Positions 28,556 to 40,329 of a stretch of 64,000 nucleotides of DNA are shown in pieces (position 1 is the stretch's first letter; the number at the start of each line of letters is the position of its first letter). Below the pieces are notes generated by a model. It saw only the letters and a list, made by a program, of their open reading frames with translations, had not been told where the DNA came from and ran no database searches. The DNA lies in the NCBI GenBank assembly GCA_902527995.1, contig CABZRA010000003.1, positions 3,716 to 67,715 on the forward strand, in the 5' to 3' direction. Made by a program: the position numbers and the translations under genes. The DNA comes from an uncultured SAR86 cluster bacterium (GTDB lineage Bacteria > Pseudomonadota > Gammaproteobacteria > Magnimaribacterales > AG-339-G14).

Positions 28556-29059
28556 TTGTTCCTCATGAATGAAATAATATTATTAGCCGTTGTAACTAAT
28601 TTGGGCAATTTCGAAATAGAACTTTATCCAAAGGAAGCTCCTGTAACTGTAGAAAATTTTACTCAATACGTGGATGATAATTTTTTCGAAAACGTTTTAT
28701 TTCATAGAATCATCCCTGGATTTGTCATTCAAGGAGGTGGTTTTGAGATAGGTATGAATCAAAAAGACACAAAACCTCCTATTATTAATGAATCTAATAA
28801 TGGTCTTAAAAACGAGAAATATACTCTTTCAATGGCTAGAACAAGTGACTTAAATTCAGCAACTTCGCAATTTTTCATTAACTTGGCTGATAATGAATTT
28901 CTAGATTATCCAAATTCAGGAGGCTATGCGGTGTTTGGTAAAGTAACTAGTGGAGAAGAAGTTATTGATGAAATAGCAAAAGTGAAGACTACTTTTGTTT
29001 CAGGTCATCAAGACGTGCCGATTGAAGACGTGTACATGATAAGTGTTACAAGAAAATGA
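28556..29059 (+). CDS. ppiB: peptidyl-prolyl cis-trans isomerase, cyclophilin type
   Basis: 167 aa. FHRIIPGFVIQGGGF, LSMARTSDLNSATSQFFIN, and a close match to E. coli PpiB from memory. The track start is TTG at 28556, with AAGGG 8 nt upstream. ATG at 28565 is an alternative. Confidence 0.9.
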   Translation: MFLMNEIILLAVVTNLGNFEIELYPKEAPVTVENFTQYVDDNFFENVLFHRIIPGFVIQGGGFEIGMNQKDTKPPIINESNNGLKNEKYTLSMARTSDLNSATSQFFINLADNEFLDYPNSGGYAVFGKVTSGEEVIDEIAKVKTTFVSGHQDVPIEDVYMISVTRK

Positions 29060-29062
29060 CTA

Positions 29063-29773
29063 ATGTCTATTTTTTTTATTTCTGATTTACATCTAGAGCA
29101 AAATAAACCTCATCTTACTAAAGCTTTCGAAAACTTTATCAATTCAAAAATTAACTCACGTGATGAATTATTCATACTAGGAGACTTTTTTGAACAATGG
29201 ATAGGTGATGATAATGAAGATAGTTTTATTAAAAGCATAAAAAATATACTCAAAGCAAAAACTGCAAGAGGTTTAAAAATTCATTTTATGCACGGTAACA
29301 GAGATTTCCTTATTGGAGATAAGTTCTGTGAAGAGGTAGGAGTAAAATTGCTTGATGATCCTTTTATTATAAATCTCAATGGAAAAAAGGTTATGTTGAT
29401 GCATGGAGATTCTCTTTGTACTGACGACAAAGCATATCAAGATTTCAGAAATTTAGTCCGAAATAAAGATTGGCAAGAAGATTTTCTTTCTAAAGATTTA
29501 ATGGAAAGAAAAGAAGTAGCTAAGAATCTTAGAGAAATTAGCTCCTTAGAAAATAAATCTAAAGATGAAGCCATAATGGATGTAAATCAAAATGAAGTTT
29601 TGAAGGTCATCAGAAATTATTCAATAGATGTTTTGATTCATGGTCATACGCATCGACCTTGTATTCATGATGAAAATGGAGTGCCAAGAATGGTTTTAGG
29701 TGATTGGGGCGACTTCTTATGGTTTATAAAAAGTTCAAAGGGAAATTTAAATCTAATCAAAGAAAAAATTTAA
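29063..29773 (+). CDS. lpxH: UDP-2,3-diacylglucosamine diphosphatase
   Basis: 236 aa. Calcineurin-like metallophosphatase motifs ISDLHL, GDFFEQW, HGNRD, MHGD, GHTH. Confidence 0.9.
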   Translation: MSIFFISDLHLEQNKPHLTKAFENFINSKINSRDELFILGDFFEQWIGDDNEDSFIKSIKNILKAKTARGLKIHFMHGNRDFLIGDKFCEEVGVKLLDDPFIINLNGKKVMLMHGDSLCTDDKAYQDFRNLVRNKDWQEDFLSKDLMERKEVAKNLREISSLENKSKDEAIMDVNQNEVLKVIRNYSIDVLIHGHTHRPCIHDENGVPRMVLGDWGDFLWFIKSSKGNLNLIKEKI

Positions 29774-30237
29774 TTTTTATTTAATTTTTTAATTGGTTCA
29801 ACGAAATATCTATTAAAATGAGCTTTTGATAACTCATAAAGCTCAGTTTCAAGTTTTTCTTTTAATGAAATTAAATTTTCTTCTTTCCGAAGATCGATAC
29901 CAAATTCTTTTAGATCCTTAAAACTTGTACTAGTTAATTTTACGATTTCAAAAACTTTCGATAAAGGATTTAAGTCTTTATTTATTTTTAATTGGAGCTC
30001 TAAAATTTTTGATTCCATTAATTTCTCGTCATTTATTATAACTTTCGATTCCATAATGAGAGTTTTTAACTGTTCAAGTCGTTTCCAAACAGCTTCTTTT
30101 TCTTCAGGTTTAAATGCATTCCAATTTATAACTTCGTGGATGAATCTTTTGCATCCTCTGCAAACATCGTCACCGTAAGTGGTAGAACAAATACCAACGC
30201 AAGGTGTTCTAGTACGCACTGGAGGTTGATTAGACAT
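29770..30237 (-). CDS. DUF1289-domain protein (Cys-rich N-terminus) with coiled C-terminal extension
   Basis: 155 aa. PCVGICSTTYGDDVCRGCKRF matches the DUF1289 pattern from memory. Confidence 0.65.
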   Translation of the reverse strand: MSNQPPVRTRTPCVGICSTTYGDDVCRGCKRFIHEVINWNAFKPEEKEAVWKRLEQLKTLIMESKVIINDEKLMESKILELQLKINKDLNPLSKVFEIVKLTSTSFKDLKEFGIDLRKEENLISLKEKLETELYELSKAHFNRYFVEPIKKLNKN

Positions 30238-30268
30238 GTTAATATATTACCAATTTTATTGAGGATAT

Positions 30269-32839
30269 ATGCTTGAAAATTATAAAAAATCATTCAAGGA
30301 AAGAGATGACCTTGGGATTCCCCCTCTTCCTCTAAGTGCTGAACAGACATCCGAATTAGTAGACCTAATTAAAAAGGAGAACAACAAAGAACTTTTAGAA
30401 CTTCTTATTAATAGAGTTCCTGCTGGAGTAGATGATGCAGCCTATGTCAAAGCTGCCTTTTTAGCTGACATTACTCAAAAAAAAATTCAATGCGAATTAA
30501 TCTCTCCTAAGGACGCAACTTTTTATCTAGGGACAATGCTCGGTGGGTATAACGTCGAGCCGTTGATAAATTTAATAGACGATCAAGAATGCGGAGAAAT
30601 TGCTGTAGACGCTTTATCAAAGACTTTGCTAATTTTTGATGCTTTCAATGATATAGCTGAATTGTCTAGCAAATCAAAGAACGCAAAAAAAATACTTAAT
30701 TCATGGGCTGAAGCTGAGTGGTTTTTATCGAAACCTGAAGTTTCAGATTTAATTAAAGCAACAGTTTTTAAAGTTCCTGGTGAAACAAATACTGATGATC
30801 TGTCTCCTGCTCCAGATGCTTGGTCTAGGCCAGACATTCCCTTACATGCTTTAGCGATGTACAAAATGCCCAGGGAAGGCATATCTAATCCAATTGAAAC
30901 AATAAATAAACTCAAGGAAAAAGGTTTTCCTGTAGCACTTGTCGGAGACGTAGTAGGTACTGGATCCTCTAGAAAATCAGCAACAAATTCGGTCTTATGG
31001 CACATGGGTGAGGAGATACCTTTTATTCCGAATAAGAAGACGGGCGGAATATGTATTGGAGGAAAAATAGCTCCAATTTTCTTCAACACAATGGAGGATG
31101 CAGGAACAATTGTATTTGAAGCAGATGTAGAAAAAATGAATACTGGTGACTTAATTTTAATCTATCCTTTTGAAGGCCAAATAAAGAACGAAAAGAATGA
31201 AGTTATTTCTAAATTCGAATTTAAGTCTGAAACTTTTTTAGATGAAGTAAGAGCTGGCGGAAGGATCCCTTTAATAATTGGTAGAAGTTTAACTGATAAA
31301 ACAAGAGAGTTTCTCAATTTAAAACCTAGTGAAGTTTTTGTTAGACCGGGAGATAAAGATGATTCTCGAGAAGGATTCACTCTTGCTCAAAAAATGGTTG
31401 GCAAGGCTTGTGGAGTAAAAGGAATTAGACCAGGAACTTATTGTGAGCCAATCATGACGACAGTTGGTTCTCAAGACACGACTGGCCCAATGACAAGAGA
31501 TGAACTCAAAGAGTTAGCTTGTTTAGGTTTTACTTCAGATTTAGTGATGCAATCCTTTTGTCATACTGCGGCATATCCAAAGCCAGTTGATATTGAAACT
31601 CAACACACTCTTCCTGAATTTATAAAAACAAGAGGAGGCATTGCCTTAAAGCCTGGAGATGGAATTATTCACTCATGGTTAAATAGAATGCTGTTGCCCG
31701 ATACTGTAGGAACTGGTGGTGATTCTCATACAAGATTTCCTATTGGAATAAGTTTTCCAGCTGGTTCAGGTTTAGTTGCTTTTGGAGCTGCTCTAGGAGT
31801 TATTCCATTAGATATGCCTGAATCTGTTTTAGTAAGATTTTCAGGAGAAATGCAGCCTGGTATCACTCTGAGAGACTTAGTTAACGCGATTCCCTATGCG
31901 GCAATAAAAAAAGGTTTATTAACAGTTGAAAAAGAAGGTAAAAAAAATATATTTTCTGGAAGATGTTTAGAAATAGAAGGCTTACCTAACTTAAAGATTG
32001 AACAGGCGTTTGAGTTGTCAGATGCTTCTGCTGAGAGATCTGCTTCTGGCTGTACTGTTCTTCTAAACGAAGACCCAATCGTCGAATATTTAAATTCTAA
32101 TATTATTTTACTGAGATGGTTGATTTCCGAAGGTTATGGAGACGCGAGAACTTTAGAAAGAAGAGCTCAAAAAATGGAACAGTGGCTTGCCAATCCAGTT
32201 TTAATGCAACCTGACAAAAATGCAAAGTATGCTGAAGTTATCGAAATTGACTTAAATGAAATAAAAGAACCATTATTAGCCTGTCCAAATGATCCTGATG
32301 ATGTAAAAAGTTTATCTGAAATCGGAGAAGATAAAATTGATGAAGTTTTTATTGGCTCGTGCATGACTAATATCGGTCATTTTAGAGCAGCAGGAAAACT
32401 TCTTGAGAAAACCTCATCTTTACCAACAAGACTTTGGATATCACCGCCAACTAAAATGGATAAATTTCAATTAGAAGAAGAAGGTTTTTATAAAATCTTT
32501 GAAAATGCCGGGGTGAGGACTGAAGTTCCTGGCTGTTCTCTTTGCATGGGCAATCAGGCAAGAGTCGAGCCAAATTCTACTGTGGTATCAACTTCAACTA
32601 GGAACTTTCCTAATAGACTTGGGGACGGTGCAAATGTTTATTTAGCGTCAGCTGAATTAGCAGCAATTTCAGCTATTTTAGGAAAACTCCCAAATGTTGA
32701 AGAGTATCTTTCACATATGAAAGAAATAAATACCATGTCATCTGAAATTTTCAGATACATGAATTTTAATGAGATTGAGGCTTATAAAAAAGCTGCAGAT
32801 AATGCTAGTTTGCCATCAGTTACTATTGAAAATAACTAA
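30269..32839 (+). CDS. acnB: bifunctional aconitate hydratase 2 / 2-methylisocitrate dehydratase
   Basis: 856 aa. The AcnB-specific N-terminal HEAT-like domain ([22 protein letters not shown]), and Fe-S ligand regions GSCMTN and [11 protein letters not shown]. Confidence 0.96.
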   Translation: MLENYKKSFKERDDLGIPPLPLSAEQTSELVDLIKKENNKELLELLINRVPAGVDDAAYVKAAFLADITQKKIQCELISPKDATFYLGTMLGGYNVEPLINLIDDQECGEIAVDALSKTLLIFDAFNDIAELSSKSKNAKKILNSWAEAEWFLSKPEVSDLIKATVFKVPGETNTDDLSPAPDAWSRPDIPLHALAMYKMPREGISNPIETINKLKEKGFPVALVGDVVGTGSSRKSATNSVLWHMGEEIPFIPNKKTGGICIGGKIAPIFFNTMEDAGTIVFEADVEKMNTGDLILIYPFEGQIKNEKNEVISKFEFKSETFLDEVRAGGRIPLIIGRSLTDKTREFLNLKPSEVFVRPGDKDDSREGFTLAQKMVGKACGVKGIRPGTYCEPIMTTVGSQDTTGPMTRDELKELACLGFTSDLVMQSFCHTAAYPKPVDIETQHTLPEFIKTRGGIALKPGDGIIHSWLNRMLLPDTVGTGGDSHTRFPIGISFPAGSGLVAFGAALGVIPLDMPESVLVRFSGEMQPGITLRDLVNAIPYAAIKKGLLTVEKEGKKNIFSGRCLEIEGLPNLKIEQAFELSDASAERSASGCTVLLNEDPIVEYLNSNIILLRWLISEGYGDARTLERRAQKMEQWLANPVLMQPDKNAKYAEVIEIDLNEIKEPLLACPNDPDDVKSLSEIGEDKIDEVFIGSCMTNIGHFRAAGKLLEKTSSLPTRLWISPPTKMDKFQLEEEGFYKIFENAGVRTEVPGCSLCMGNQARVEPNSTVVSTSTRNFPNRLGDGANVYLASAELAAISAILGKLPNVEEYLSHMKEINTMSSEIFRYMNFNEIEAYKKAADNASLPSVTIENN

Positions 32840-34311
32840 TTAAAAGATTTATTGGAATCTTTTCTTTCTAATTCAAGACTGGTTAAGTATTCTCTTGTTA
32901 CTGATCCGCATACATAGTCACCATCAAATATTGAAGTTTCAAAATTTTTAATTTTTTTATTTCCCTCTTTCGCACAATCTATCAAGTCTTCGAGATCTTG
33001 GTAAACCAACCAATCAGCGCCTATAAAGTTTGCAATTTCTTGATCTTCTCTTTGGTGAGCAATTAATTCCTCAGTAGCTGCCATATCAATTCCATAAACG
33101 TTTTGAAATCTTATTGGCGGAGCTGCCGAAGCAAAAAAAACTTTTTTAGCGCCAGCAATTCTTGCCATCTCTACGATCTCTCTACTAGTAGTTCCTCTGA
33201 CAATCGAATCATCGATTAAGAGAATATTTTTATCCTTAAATTCAAAAGGTATTGGATTTAGTTTTCTCTTAACAGATTTTTTTCTCACTTCTTGCCTTGG
33301 CATTATGAAAGTTCTTCCTATGTATCTATTTTTGACAAAACCCTCTCTGTAGTTTACGCCTAAAAATTTTGCTACTTCAATAGCCGACGAAGTGCTGCTT
33401 TCAGGAATGGGTATCACCGAATCAATTTTTGATTCGGGATATAAAGATTTAATTTTTTTTCCAAGTTTTTGACCCATTCTTAGCCTCGACTTCATAACCG
33501 AAATTTCTTCAATTACTGCATCTGGTCTGGCTAGATAAACGTACTCAAAAATACAAGGGCAATGCTTAGGACACTCATGACAGACTTTTCTACTCATCTC
33601 GCCTTCCATAGACACAAAAACTGCTTCGCCTGGTTTTAAATCTCCTGTAATTTCGAAATCAAGAGCGTCAAGGGCAGGACTTTCAGACGCAAACATATAA
33701 TCTGTTTTACCTAGGAGATCATTTTCTTTCTTACCCATTATTAAAGGTCTAATACCATTAGGGTCTCTAATAGCTAATAATCCTACTCCACTGATCATTA
33801 ATACAATCGAATAAGCTCCTTTAAGTCTCTTGTGCATATTTTGGACAGCTAAAAAGATTTCATCTGCTTTTGGAGTAAAAGAATTAATTTTTTGAAGTTC
33901 ATGCGCGAAAATATTCAGGATCACTTCAGAATCGGAATCTGTATTTAAGTGTCTTAAGTCATTTTGAAAAAGTTCTAGTGACAATTCTTTTGCATTTACT
34001 AAATTCCCGTTATGACAAATACTTATCCCATAAGGAGAATTTACATACAGTGGTTGAGAGAATTCTCGGCTTACACCTCCGGCTGTTGGATATCTTACGT
34101 GCCCTATACCTATTTTACCTTTCAAGCTAGCGATATGTTGAGCTCTAAATACGTCACGCACTAAGCCAATTTGTTTTCTAACATGTAATTTGCCATCTTC
34201 AAGAGTTGCGATTCCTGCCGCATCTTGACCTCGATGCTGAATGACCGTTAATGATTCGTATAAAGATGAAGAAACGTCTTCTTCAGAAATAATGCCTACG
34301 ATTCCACACAT
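32836..34311 (-). CDS. purF: amidophosphoribosyltransferase
   Basis: 491 aa. N-terminal MCGIVGI (Ntn Cys) and PRPP loop [12 protein letters not shown]. Confidence 0.96.
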   Translation of the reverse strand: MCGIVGIISEEDVSSSLYESLTVIQHRGQDAAGIATLEDGKLHVRKQIGLVRDVFRAQHIASLKGKIGIGHVRYPTAGGVSREFSQPLYVNSPYGISICHNGNLVNAKELSLELFQNDLRHLNTDSDSEVILNIFAHELQKINSFTPKADEIFLAVQNMHKRLKGAYSIVLMISGVGLLAIRDPNGIRPLIMGKKENDLLGKTDYMFASESPALDALDFEITGDLKPGEAVFVSMEGEMSRKVCHECPKHCPCIFEYVYLARPDAVIEEISVMKSRLRMGQKLGKKIKSLYPESKIDSVIPIPESSTSSAIEVAKFLGVNYREGFVKNRYIGRTFIMPRQEVRKKSVKRKLNPIPFEFKDKNILLIDDSIVRGTTSREIVEMARIAGAKKVFFASAAPPIRFQNVYGIDMAATEELIAHQREDQEIANFIGADWLVYQDLEDLIDCAKEGNKKIKNFETSIFDGDYVCGSVTREYLTSLELERKDSNKSFN

Positions 34312-34826
34312 TAATTTATAAGCCTATCGGGCTCAATTGTAAAATTGTCTAAATCTTCCATAGGAATTTCTCCAATAATATTGCCTATTAAAATTGACGA
34401 ATTATAAATATATGGAGAAACAATACTTGAATTCCACCAGTATTTGTCAATTATATATTCGTCTGCAGATAAAAATAAAATAATAGTAAAAATATAAAAT
34501 TTAAAAAGACCCAGAAAAAAACCAATTATATTTGAAATAAATGTTTTCGGATTAAATGCAAAAGATATTGCTTTAAAAATTAATACTAACAAAACAAAAA
34601 AAATTATAAAAAATAAGATAAAAAAGAATGTTTCAGCTAGTAAGATCGAATTGTTTATGTTCAAAACTTCTATTGGAAATTGTCTCAATCCCCAGGCTAA
34701 AGCCAGAGAAGAGATCCAAATAATGAAAGAGAAAATTTCTTTTAAAACTCCCTTAAAAAACCCTCTCAAACTAAAAATTGCTAATAAGATAAAAAAAACT
34801 ACATCAAATACTGAAAAAGTGATCAT
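34311..34826 (-). CDS. cvpA: colicin V production protein CvpA (membrane protein)
   Basis: 171 aa hydrophobic protein with N-terminus DVVFFILLAIFSLRGFFKGVLKE. It occupies the conserved position between folC and purF. Confidence 0.8.
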   Translation of the reverse strand: MITFSVFDVVFFILLAIFSLRGFFKGVLKEIFSFIIWISSLALAWGLRQFPIEVLNINNSILLAETFFFILFFIIFFVLLVLIFKAISFAFNPKTFISNIIGFFLGLFKFYIFTIILFLSADEYIIDKYWWNSSIVSPYIYNSSILIGNIIGEIPMEDLDNFTIEPDRLIN

Positions 34827-34835
34827 ACCAATTAT

Positions 34836-36074
34836 TTATATACGGAAGTTATAAGATTCATAAATTTTTCCTATTAAGATAAAAGATCCAAACGCAACAA
34901 ATAAACTATTTTTTTCTTGTTTTTCTATCTTTTGTTTAAGTTGATTTAAATCACATCCTACGTTAATTTTTTTCCCTTGCCTTAATAAGTATCTATTAAT
35001 CAAATTACTATTAATGAGTCTGTCACTGTCTAATTTTGGAATATACCATTCATCGACAATATCAACCATTGGAGCACATAAATCTTCAACCTTTTTTATT
35101 TTATTACAAGTAAAAATGGCTTTGATTTTAGATTTAGAAAAATTATTAGATATGAAAGTTCCTAAATTTTTTACACTGTCATTATTGTGGGATGCATCAA
35201 CTATAAGATTTGTTTTCAATTGATGGCATCTTCCATAATTTGGATTTCCTCTAAGTTTTTTGATTTCATTTGAAGAATCAATTCTTTCAAACTTTATATC
35301 TAAAATTTTTTTTGCAATGCCTACGGAGTTACTATGGAAGTTTTCTAATTCAAAAGAAGAATTATCTACCTTATAAAAATTTGGATTTAATTTATCTAAA
35401 ACTTTTTTTACGCTTTCTGGTATCTCCCCTTCACCGTAAATGAAATCTTGATTTGATCTAATAATTCCAGCTTTTTCCTTTCCTATGTTTTCCAGCCCTT
35501 TGCCTAAAATTTCTTCGTGGTCCAATGCAATTTTTGTAATAACCGACACATCTGCGTCGAAACAATTAACAGGATCCAATCTACCTCCCAGACCAGCCTC
35601 TAAAAGCCAGATGTCTAATTTTCTATCAGAAAATATTACAAAGCTGGCCAGAGAAAATAATTGGAAAAAATTAAAACTTTTGTAATCCTCAAGGTTTTCT
35701 AACTGTTTAAAAGTTTTTAAAATTTCATTATCTTCAACAGCTACATTATTTATTTTAATTCTTTCATTGAATCTTATGAGATGGGGTGAAGTAAACAGTC
35801 CCACTTTATAGTTACAGTTGTTCAGGACATTTGAAAGTATTTCAAGGGTAGATCCTTTCCCATTTGTGCCAGTAACTGAAATAATTTGAGAGGGTTTGTC
35901 TAAATTTAATTCTGTGACAGCTTTTTTTAACTTTTTAAAACTAGACTCTCGAAAGTCGTTTTTTTTGTCTAGAAGCGGTAAAAAATATTCTTCTAATTCT
36001 GTCAATTCACTAATTTGCCGAAAGTTTTGACAATAGATTATATAGCTTATCTTTAATTTCAGATCTGTGGACAA
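34836..36074 (-). CDS. folC: bifunctional folylpolyglutamate synthase / dihydrofolate synthase
   Basis: 412 aa. P-loop VTGTNGKGST, and SPHLIRFNERI. The track start is a TTG at 36074 that overlaps accD by 65 nt. An in-frame TTG at 36005 is a possible alternative start. Confidence 0.88.
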   Translation of the reverse strand: MSTDLKLKISYIIYCQNFRQISELTELEEYFLPLLDKKNDFRESSFKKLKKAVTELNLDKPSQIISVTGTNGKGSTLEILSNVLNNCNYKVGLFTSPHLIRFNERIKINNVAVEDNEILKTFKQLENLEDYKSFNFFQLFSLASFVIFSDRKLDIWLLEAGLGGRLDPVNCFDADVSVITKIALDHEEILGKGLENIGKEKAGIIRSNQDFIYGEGEIPESVKKVLDKLNPNFYKVDNSSFELENFHSNSVGIAKKILDIKFERIDSSNEIKKLRGNPNYGRCHQLKTNLIVDASHNNDSVKNLGTFISNNFSKSKIKAIFTCNKIKKVEDLCAPMVDIVDEWYIPKLDSDRLINSNLINRYLLRQGKKINVGCDLNQLKQKIEKQEKNSLFVAFGSFILIGKIYESYNFRI

Positions 36075-36873
36075 TCATATCTATGAGGCCATGTTCTAAT
36101 AAAAACTCACTTCTCTGAAATCCTTCTGGTAATTTAACTCTAACAGTATCCTCAATGACTCTCGGCCCTGCAAAACCAACTTGGGCTTTTGGCTCGGCGA
36201 TATTAATATCTCCTAACATAGCTAAGCTAGCTGATACCCCACCATATATTGGATCAGTCATAAACGAAATATAAGGGAGTTTTTCTTCTTTAAGTTTATT
36301 TAACACTGCCGAAGTTCTAGCCATTTGAAAAAGGGAGAAAAGAGACTCTTGCATCCTTGCTCCACCACTTGTCGAAAAACAAATAAATGGTGCTTTGAGT
36401 TCAATAGCTTTATTGACGGCGTCCACAAACTTCTGTCCGACAACAGATCCCATTGAGCCACCCATAAATCTAAATTCAAAGACAGCAATTACAACTTCCA
36501 TTGAATTTAACTTCCCATGGGCACAAATTAATGCTTCTTTTTCTTCTATTTTATTCTTCGCTTCACTTAATCTATCTTTGTACTTTTTTGAATCTCTAAA
36601 AGATAACCAGTCTTTTGCTTCAGTATTCGCAGAAATTTCACTGTATTTGTTTTCATCAAATAGATAAGTAAGTCTGTGTCTTGCTCCAATTCGAATGTGG
36701 TGATCACAGTTCATACAAACGTAATGGTTTGCTTCAAGATCAGGACCATAAAGTATTTCTTTACAGTTTGGACAGCTTTGCCAAAGTCCTTGTGGTACAG
36801 GACTTTTCTTATCGTCTTTTTTGTGAGCTCTTGCAAAAGATGGAAGAATTCTGTTGAACCAACTTTTTACCAT
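36010..36873 (-). CDS. accD: acetyl-CoA carboxylase carboxyltransferase subunit beta
   Basis: 287 aa. N-terminal zinc ribbon CPNCKE...CMNCDHH, and FRFMGGSMGSVVG. Confidence 0.95.
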   Translation of the reverse strand: MVKSWFNRILPSFARAHKKDDKKSPVPQGLWQSCPNCKEILYGPDLEANHYVCMNCDHHIRIGARHRLTYLFDENKYSEISANTEAKDWLSFRDSKKYKDRLSEAKNKIEEKEALICAHGKLNSMEVVIAVFEFRFMGGSMGSVVGQKFVDAVNKAIELKAPFICFSTSGGARMQESLFSLFQMARTSAVLNKLKEEKLPYISFMTDPIYGGVSASLAMLGDINIAEPKAQVGFAGPRVIEDTVRVKLPEGFQRSEFLLEHGLIDMIVHRSEIKDKLYNLLSKLSAN

Positions 36874-36876
36874 AGA

Positions 36877-37707
36877 TTATTGTATCGAAGATTTTATGTC
36901 TCCAACAAATTTAGATATTTTATTTAGAGTTGCATTATCTTCTTCTTTTTTCATTCTACCGATCATGTCAACAATAGCGCTACCAATGACTACCCCGTCT
37001 GCAAAACTCGACATATTGCTTGCTGTTTCTTGATCTTTTATTCCAAAACCAATGACGACAGGAATATTTGAAGAATTTTTTATCTGCTGGACTCTTTTTT
37101 TGAGTTCATCATATGAATCTATATCCGCCCCTGTAATTCCTTTCAAAGAAACATAATAAAGAAAGCCAGAAGAATTAGATATGATCTCATTCATTCTTGA
37201 ATCATTGGTAGTGGGAGAAATTAATCTTATTAAGTCAATTTCATAATTAGATAATTTATTAAAAATAGCTTCACTTTCCTCATAAGGCAGGTCAACGATT
37301 ATCAACCCATCAACTCCATTATTTTTTAATTCATAACAAATATCATCATTGATATCATGAATTGATTTGGTTGAATTTAAAGAATTGATAAAGGTATTAA
37401 AATAACCCATCAATACAATAGGAGTAGTTTTAAATTTTTTTTTAAGTTTTTTACTTAAAGATAAAATATCTACAAGCGATGTGTTATTCACTAAAGATCG
37501 TTCGTGTGCCATTTGAATTATAGGACCCTCTGACATAGGATCAGAAAATGGAACTCCTATTTCAATAATATCTGCACCACTAGTTACAATTTCACTTATT
37601 ATTTTTTCTGAAGTATCTAGATTCGGATCTCCAGCTACTGTGTATGTGACTAATGCTTTTGAATTAACGCTTTCTAAATTTTTAAAAGTTGATTTTATTA
37701 TGCTCAT
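36877..37707 (-). CDS. trpA: tryptophan synthase alpha chain
   Basis: 276 aa. [18 protein letters not shown] and GFGIKDQE. The start overlaps the trpB stop (ATGA). Confidence 0.93.
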   Translation of the reverse strand: MSIIKSTFKNLESVNSKALVTYTVAGDPNLDTSEKIISEIVTSGADIIEIGVPFSDPMSEGPIIQMAHERSLVNNTSLVDILSLSKKLKKKFKTTPIVLMGYFNTFINSLNSTKSIHDINDDICYELKNNGVDGLIIVDLPYEESEAIFNKLSNYEIDLIRLISPTTNDSRMNEIISNSSGFLYYVSLKGITGADIDSYDELKKRVQQIKNSSNIPVVIGFGIKDQETASNMSSFADGVVIGSAIVDMIGRMKKEEDNATLNKISKFVGDIKSSIQ

Positions 37708-38912
37708 AAAGTTAAGCCTTCGACTTTAGCGACGTTAGCCATGTCTTTGTCGCCTCTACCTGATAAATTAACAACAATAATTTCATCCTTTTTCATATCT
37801 GGTGCAATTTTTTTTGCGTGCGCAAGAGCATGAGCTGTTTCTAAAGCGGGCATTATTCCTTCAGTTTTTGTTAAATCATGAAAGCTATCTAAGGCTTCTT
37901 CATCGGTAGCAGAATCATATTCTACTCTTCCAGAATCCTTTAAATAAGAATGCTCAGGACCGACTCCAGGATAATCTAAACCGGCGGAAACAGACTGAGT
38001 TGATAGAATTTGACCAGAATTATCTTGCATCAAGTAAGTCTTCATACCGTGTAGAACTCCAATACTGCCATCATTTAAAGGAGCTGCGTGTTTTCCAGTA
38101 TCAATTCCTGACCCTCCAGCTTCTACTCCAATCAAGTCAACTGAATTGTCTTTTAAAAAAGGATAAAAAATTCCCATAGCGTTAGATCCGCCTCCGACAC
38201 AAGCAATTATCTTATCTGGAAATCTTCCAAACAACTCTCTAGATTGCTCTTTTAGTTCAATTCCAACAATAGAGTTAAAATCTCTAACAATTTTAGGATA
38301 AGGATGGGGTCCAGCAACACTTCCGATAATGTAATGAGTATCGTCAACATTACTTACCCAGTCACGCATTGCTTCGTTCATAGCGTCTTTTAATGTTTTT
38401 GTTCCTGAATTTACTGAACATACCTCAGCCCCAAGTAATTTCATTCTGTATACGTTTGGAGACTGTCTTTCTATGTCTTCTTCACCCATAAAAATTATAC
38501 ATTCTAGTCCATGTCTAGCTGCGACAGCCGCAGTAGCAACTCCATGTTGGCCTGCTCCAGTTTCCGCGATGATTCTTTTTTTACCCATATGCTTTGCTAA
38601 TAAAACTTGGCCAACTGTATTGTTAATTTTATGTGCTCCAGTGTGATTTAAATCCTCTCTTTTTAAGTAAATTTTTGCTCCGGAGAGTTTGTCAGTCCAT
38701 CTCTTTGCAAAATACAATGGTGATGGGCGGCCTACAAAGTTATTTAGGTCATAGGTAATTTCATTCTTAAACTCTTCTTTGTCTTTAAGATCCTCATAGG
38801 TAGTTTCTAATTGTTCTAATGCAGACATAAGAGTTTCGGATACATATTTGCCTCCAAAATCTCCATATCTACCATCGGCATCTGGAAAGTTGTATTTTTC
38901 CTTATCTTTCAT
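37704..38912 (-). CDS. trpB: tryptophan synthase beta chain
   Basis: 402 aa. PLP-lysine motif [11 protein letters not shown], and GGGSNAMG. Confidence 0.97.
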   Translation of the reverse strand: MKDKEKYNFPDADGRYGDFGGKYVSETLMSALEQLETTYEDLKDKEEFKNEITYDLNNFVGRPSPLYFAKRWTDKLSGAKIYLKREDLNHTGAHKINNTVGQVLLAKHMGKKRIIAETGAGQHGVATAAVAARHGLECIIFMGEEDIERQSPNVYRMKLLGAEVCSVNSGTKTLKDAMNEAMRDWVSNVDDTHYIIGSVAGPHPYPKIVRDFNSIVGIELKEQSRELFGRFPDKIIACVGGGSNAMGIFYPFLKDNSVDLIGVEAGGSGIDTGKHAAPLNDGSIGVLHGMKTYLMQDNSGQILSTQSVSAGLDYPGVGPEHSYLKDSGRVEYDSATDEEALDSFHDLTKTEGIMPALETAHALAHAKKIAPDMKKDEIIVVNLSGRGDKDMANVAKVEGLTL

Positions 38913-39522
38913 AATTTTTGATTAAATCAATAAATTTTTTTAACTTCAGTGAGTCTTTTACACCTTTTTTCGATTCAACTCCACTACATACATCAACTCC
39001 GAAAGGAATAAAATAATCTAATAGCGATAAGATATTATTAGTATTTAATCCACCTGCAACGATTAAGTTATTAAAATCATGAGGTATTTTTTTCCAATCA
39101 AATTTTTTTCCAGTTCCTCCATATAAATCTTCATTTCCTGAATCCAAGAGAAAATATTTTGCTGCTGTATATTCTTTTTGATAATCATAAGCATTTTTAG
39201 AGGCGTCTAAATTTATAGATTTGATAAATGGTCTGTCAAATTTTTCACAAAATTCTATAGATTCACAACCATGAAACTGCAAAACGCTATTTGGGTAGAT
39301 TTTCAAAAATTTAAGAACTTCATCTTCTTTGGGATTTACAAAAACTGGAACAACTAATATGTCATCATCTAAACTGTTTTTAATTTTTATTAACTCTTTA
39401 TCACTGACATATCTTGGACTTTTTTCGTATTGATTTAGGCCTATAGCATCAGCACCATACTCAATAGAAAGATTTGCATCTTCAACGTTCGTGATTCCAC
39501 ATATCTTGATAAAAATACTCAT
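38902..39522 (-). CDS. trpF: phosphoribosylanthranilate isomerase
   Basis: 206 aa. IKICGIT, GADAIGL, LQFHG, GGL. It sits between truA and trpB. Confidence 0.9.
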   Translation of the reverse strand: MSIFIKICGITNVEDANLSIEYGADAIGLNQYEKSPRYVSDKELIKIKNSLDDDILVVPVFVNPKEDEVLKFLKIYPNSVLQFHGCESIEFCEKFDRPFIKSINLDASKNAYDYQKEYTAAKYFLLDSGNEDLYGGTGKKFDWKKIPHDFNNLIVAGGLNTNNILSLLDYFIPFGVDVCSGVESKKGVKDSLKLKKFIDLIKNYER

Positions 39523-39531
39523 GACATAAAG

Positions 39532-40329
39532 TTAATTTGGAAGAATTTGATATTTGAGTGGAGGTTTTTTTATTTTGAATTCTGAAGGATATTCAGGGCC
39601 AATAAAATACAAACCATCCGATGCTATAGTTTTTCCCGAAAGACTTCTATCACATCCTTCAATAATTGATTTCATTAAGTTAGGGTTTCTATTTTCTAAT
39701 CCGAACTCTAAAAGAGTTCCTACTATAATTCTTACCATATTCAATAAAAAGGCATTAGCAGAAATTTCAAAAGTAATTAAATCTTTTTTTTTGGAAATGC
39801 TAATTTTATAAATTTCTCTCATCGGAGACTTTGACTGGCAACCTGAAGATCTAAAACTTGTAAAATCTTTTTCTCCAACTAAATATTTTGAAGCTTCTTT
39901 CATTATTTCTAAATTAATTTTCTCTTTTACTTGTAATGTCCTATTTTTATAAAATATTGACGTATTTTTTTTATTAAGAACGATGTACTTATAAGTTCTT
40001 TTGAATGCTGAAAACCTAGCATGAAAATCCTCCGACACTTTCTTGACCCAAATGAATTTAATGTCATCAGGTAAAATTGAATTGCATCCTTCCATCCAAG
40101 CCTTAAGTGTTCTTTTTTTTTCAGAATCAAAATGAATAACTTGTGATAAAGCGTTTACTCCAGAGTCGGTCCTGCCTGCACAAGTTGATTTTATTTCTGA
40201 ATCAGCTATTTTTGAAAGAGCCTCATCAATCCTAGATTGAATAGTATCGTCTGTAGATTTTTGAATCTGCCAGCCTTTATATTTTGTTCCAAAATACTCC
40301 ACTCCAGCAGCATAGCGTTTAATTTTCAT
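39532..40329 (-). CDS. truA: tRNA pseudouridine(38-40) synthase
   Basis: 265 aa. Catalytic Asp motif AGRTDSGVNAL, and FLLNMVR. Confidence 0.93.
   Translation of the reverse strand: MKIKRYAAGVEYFGTKYKGWQIQKSTDDTIQSRIDEALSKIADSEIKSTCAGRTDSGVNALSQVIHFDSEKKRTLKAWMEGCNSILPDDIKFIWVKKVSEDFHARFSAFKRTYKYIVLNKKNTSIFYKNRTLQVKEKINLEIMKEASKYLVGEKDFTSFRSSGCQSKSPMREIYKISISKKKDLITFEISANAFLLNMVRIIVGTLLEFGLENRNPNLMKSIIEGCDRSLSGKTIASDGLYFIGPEYPSEFKIKKPPLKYQILPN

Noticed and set aside
30583-31089. 168-aa ORF antisense within acnB.
   Set aside because: It is embedded in a highly conserved AcnB region, has no motifs or ribosome-binding site, and its composition is typical of a shadow ORF.
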